Shown: piece by piece, positions 61,503 to 64,000 of the stretch
How the letters are laid out: each line of letters starts with the position of its first letter
Position numbering within the stretch: the stretch's first letter is position 1
Assembly (NCBI GenBank): GCA_014905635.1
Contig: JABVCE010000005.1
Coordinates: 744,001-808,000, forward strand
Source: Scenedesmus sp. PABB004
Taxonomy: Eukaryota
Length of the DNA stretch: 64,000 nucleotides
Reading direction: 5' to 3'
The notes under the pieces: generated by a model
Databases searched by the model: none
The model's input: only the letters and a program-made list of their open reading frames with translations
What the model was told of the DNA's origin: nothing
Translations under genes and position numbers: made by a program

Positions 61503-63898
61503 ATGGCGACCGCTCTCGCCAGCCGCACCGCGCAGGCCGGCCTGGTGGCCAGGGCGTCGGGCGCCAAGGTGCGCAGCGCCCGGCCGACGCCCCCATTGGC
61601 GCCGCGCCGCGGGCAGGGCCTCGCGCGGGCCGTCCTCTCCGCGCCCTGCCCAGCGCCGCATTGCGCCGCGCCCGCAGGGCGTCGCGCGCCCGGTCACCGG
61701 CCGCGCGCCCGTCAAGGTGGTCGCCTGCGCCCGCAGCAGCAGCTTCGCGGCCGGCAATGGCGCCTTCACCGCCGCCGCCGTGCGGCCCGCGCGCGGCCTG
61801 CGCGCCGCGGCGCGCCGCGGCGCCGTGGCGACCCGCGCCAAGGTGCGGGCCGCGCTGCCGCCCGTGGCGACGCGCGCCGGCGGCGCGGGGGCGGCGCACT
61901 GAGCGCGCCGTCGCGTTCCGCAGCTCGGCGACTCCCTGGCCGAGTTCCTGGTCGAGGCGACGCCCGACACCAAGCTTCGCCAGCTGCTGATGAGCATGTC
62001 CGAGGCCCTCCGCACCATCGCCTTCAAGGTGCGCGCCGCGCGGGCATGGCGGGAGGGCGGCCGGGGAGGCTGGCAGCCCGGGGGACCGGCGGCAGCGGCC
62101 AATGCAGCGGGCGCGGGCACGGCGGCCGCGCGGCGCGGGCGGTGATCAGCGCGGCCGGGCCCCGGCCGCGGGCCGGGCCCCGCCCGCGGCCGGGCCCCGC
62201 GCGAGCGTGGGCGGCTGTGGTGCTGCGGCCCGCCAGCCGCGCGGCGGCGGCCGCCCCGCACGCGCTGCCCGCGCTGCGCGCCCGCTCGCTGACGCCCCGC
62301 CGCCGCTCCGCTGCGCCCGCAGGTGCGCACCGCGTCCTGCGCGGGCACCGCATGCGTCAACAGCTTCGGCGACGAGCAGCTCGCCGTGGACATGCTGGCG
62401 GACAAGCTGCTGTTCGAGGCGCTGCGCTTCTCGGTGCGGCGCGCGCGCGCGGGCCGACATCGCGCCGGGCGCGCCGCTCCCTCCTCTCTCCTCCCCCTCT
62501 CCCCCGCCGCTCCCTCTCTCTCCCTCCCCCCGCCGCCCGCGCACCCGCGCCGACGCGTCGCCGCGCGCGCCGCCCTGTCGCCCGCGCGCGCGCAGCACGT
62601 GTGCAAGTACGCGTGCTCCGAGGAGGTGCCCGAGCCGGTCGACGTCGGCGGCGAGGGCTTCTGCGTCGCGTTCGACCCGCTCGACGGCAGCAGCATCGTC
62701 GACACCAACTTTGCGGTCGGCACCATCTTTGGCGTGTGGCCGGGCGAGAAGCTGAAGGACATCACCGGCCGCCAGCAGGCCGCCGCGGGCATGGGCATCT
62801 ACGGCCCCCGCACCATCTTCTGCCTCGCCGTCGCGGGCTACCCCGGCTGCCACGAGTTCCTGCTCATGGACGACGGCAAGGTGCGCCGGCGGCCGGGCGG
62901 GCCGTTTGTCCGCGGGCGGGCGGCTGTGGGGGGCGGCCGTGGGGGCTGCGCCCGCGGCGGGCTGCGCCGGCGGCGGCGGCGGCGCGGGCTGACCGCGCCG
63001 CCCTCCCTCCCCCGCGCCCCGCGCGCGCAGTGGGTGCACGTCAAGGAGACGACCGAGATTGGCGAGGGCAAGCTCTTTGCGCCGGGCAACCTGCGCGCGA
63101 CGTTTGACAACCCCGCGTACGAGCGCCTCATTAGCCACTACCTGGGCGAGAAGTACACGCTCAGGCGCGCTGCCAGTTGCAGCACCGCGTGCCGGCGCAC
63201 ACGCACGCACGCGCGCGCGGCCGCCGCCCTGCCGCGCGCCGCGCGGCGCGCGCCGCTCGCGGGCCGTCTGCGCCGAGCGTCTGCGTGCCAGCCGCGGCCG
63301 CCTCGCTCCCGCGCCGCCGCTCACCCGCGCCCGCACACAACACACTCCACCCCCGCGCCGCAGGTACACGGGCGGCATGGTGCCGGACGTGTTCCAGATC
63401 ATCGTCAAGGAGAAGGGTGTGTTCACCAACGTGACCTCGCCCTCGACCAAGGCCAAGCTGCGCATCCTCTTTGAGGTCGCGCCGCTCGCGCTCATGGTCG
63501 AGCAGGCCGGCGGCGCGAGCAGCTGCGACGGGCTCTGCGTCTCCGCGCTCGACGTGCCCATCCTCGGCTACGACCAGCGCACCGAGATCTGCTTCGGCAG
63601 CGTCGGCGAGGTGAAGCGCTTCGAGGAGTACCTCTACGGTGAGCCGGCGGCACAGCGGGGCGGGCGCGCGGGCGCGCGGAACGCACGGGACCGCGCGGGC
63701 CCGGCGGCGCGCGCGGCGCGGTCGGCAGGGGCCTGGGCCGGCGGCGGAGGGCAGGCAGGCGCCGCGCGCGCGGCGGAGGGCGTGCGCGCTGACCGCCCCG
63801 CGCCCCTCCCCCGCGCCTCTCGCCTCCCCCGCGCGTGTGCAGGCAACTCCCCCCGCTTCAGCGTGGCCAACGAGCTGGAGGCCAACCCCCGCCAGTGA
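61503..63898 (+). CDS. SBP1: Sedoheptulose-1,7-bisphosphatase, chloroplast (8 exons)
   Basis: [86 protein letters not shown]; the redox CxxxxC is present. Confidence 0.97.
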
Positions 63899-64000
63899 GC
63901 GGCGGCGCACGAGCCCGCGCGCGCCGGCGGCGCGCCGCCGCAGCGGCCGGGAACGCCCGCCCCGCTGCGCGGCGCGCGTGACGCCCGGCGCGGCGGCGCG

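Noticed and set aside
1..64000. Stop-codon reassignment or selenoprotein recoding
   Set aside because: TAG (LSm7), TAA (Cys-rich gene) and TGA (most genes) all end proteins at plausible positions, and no conserved exon needs an internal stop.
1..64000. Introner-like repeated intron family
   Set aside because: Apart from splice motifs and one shared 11-mer, I could not see introns sharing full-length sequence similarity.

Overview
Gene-dense, extremely GC-rich, intron-rich eukaryotic nuclear DNA. Spliceosomal introns, TGTAA poly(A) signals, plastid transit peptides and chlorophyte-type photosynthesis genes point to a green alga, probably Chlorophyceae (inference). Manual splicing gives about 18 protein genes: a 5'-partial DCD-like/RING protein, INTS11/CPSF73-II, a DUF3119 protein, an ATG_C-like/J/DnaJ-X chaperone, a secreted Cys-repeat protein, two AP2 factors, an RH22-like DEAD-box helicase, a ~3,500-aa disordered protein with a 9.3-kb exon, a bZIP, ABCI10, LSm7, a small hypothetical gene, a kinesin-12, an SDR, a CUE/Smr protein, ANR1 and SBPase. 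Most six-frame ORFs are GC-driven artefacts. Main observations: (1) about 11 of ~86 hand-called introns use a GC donor, always AG|GCGCG; (2) a chimeric insertion made of pieces of both flanking genes (SBPase and inverted ANR1) sits in their shared divergent promoter; (3) a triple-AP2 factor carries an array of SnRK1/AMPK-type phosphosites; (4) local tandem duplications and two probable indel frameshifts. No transposase, viral gene, CRISPR array or RNA gene was recognised. All gene models are manual and have not been checked against transcripts.
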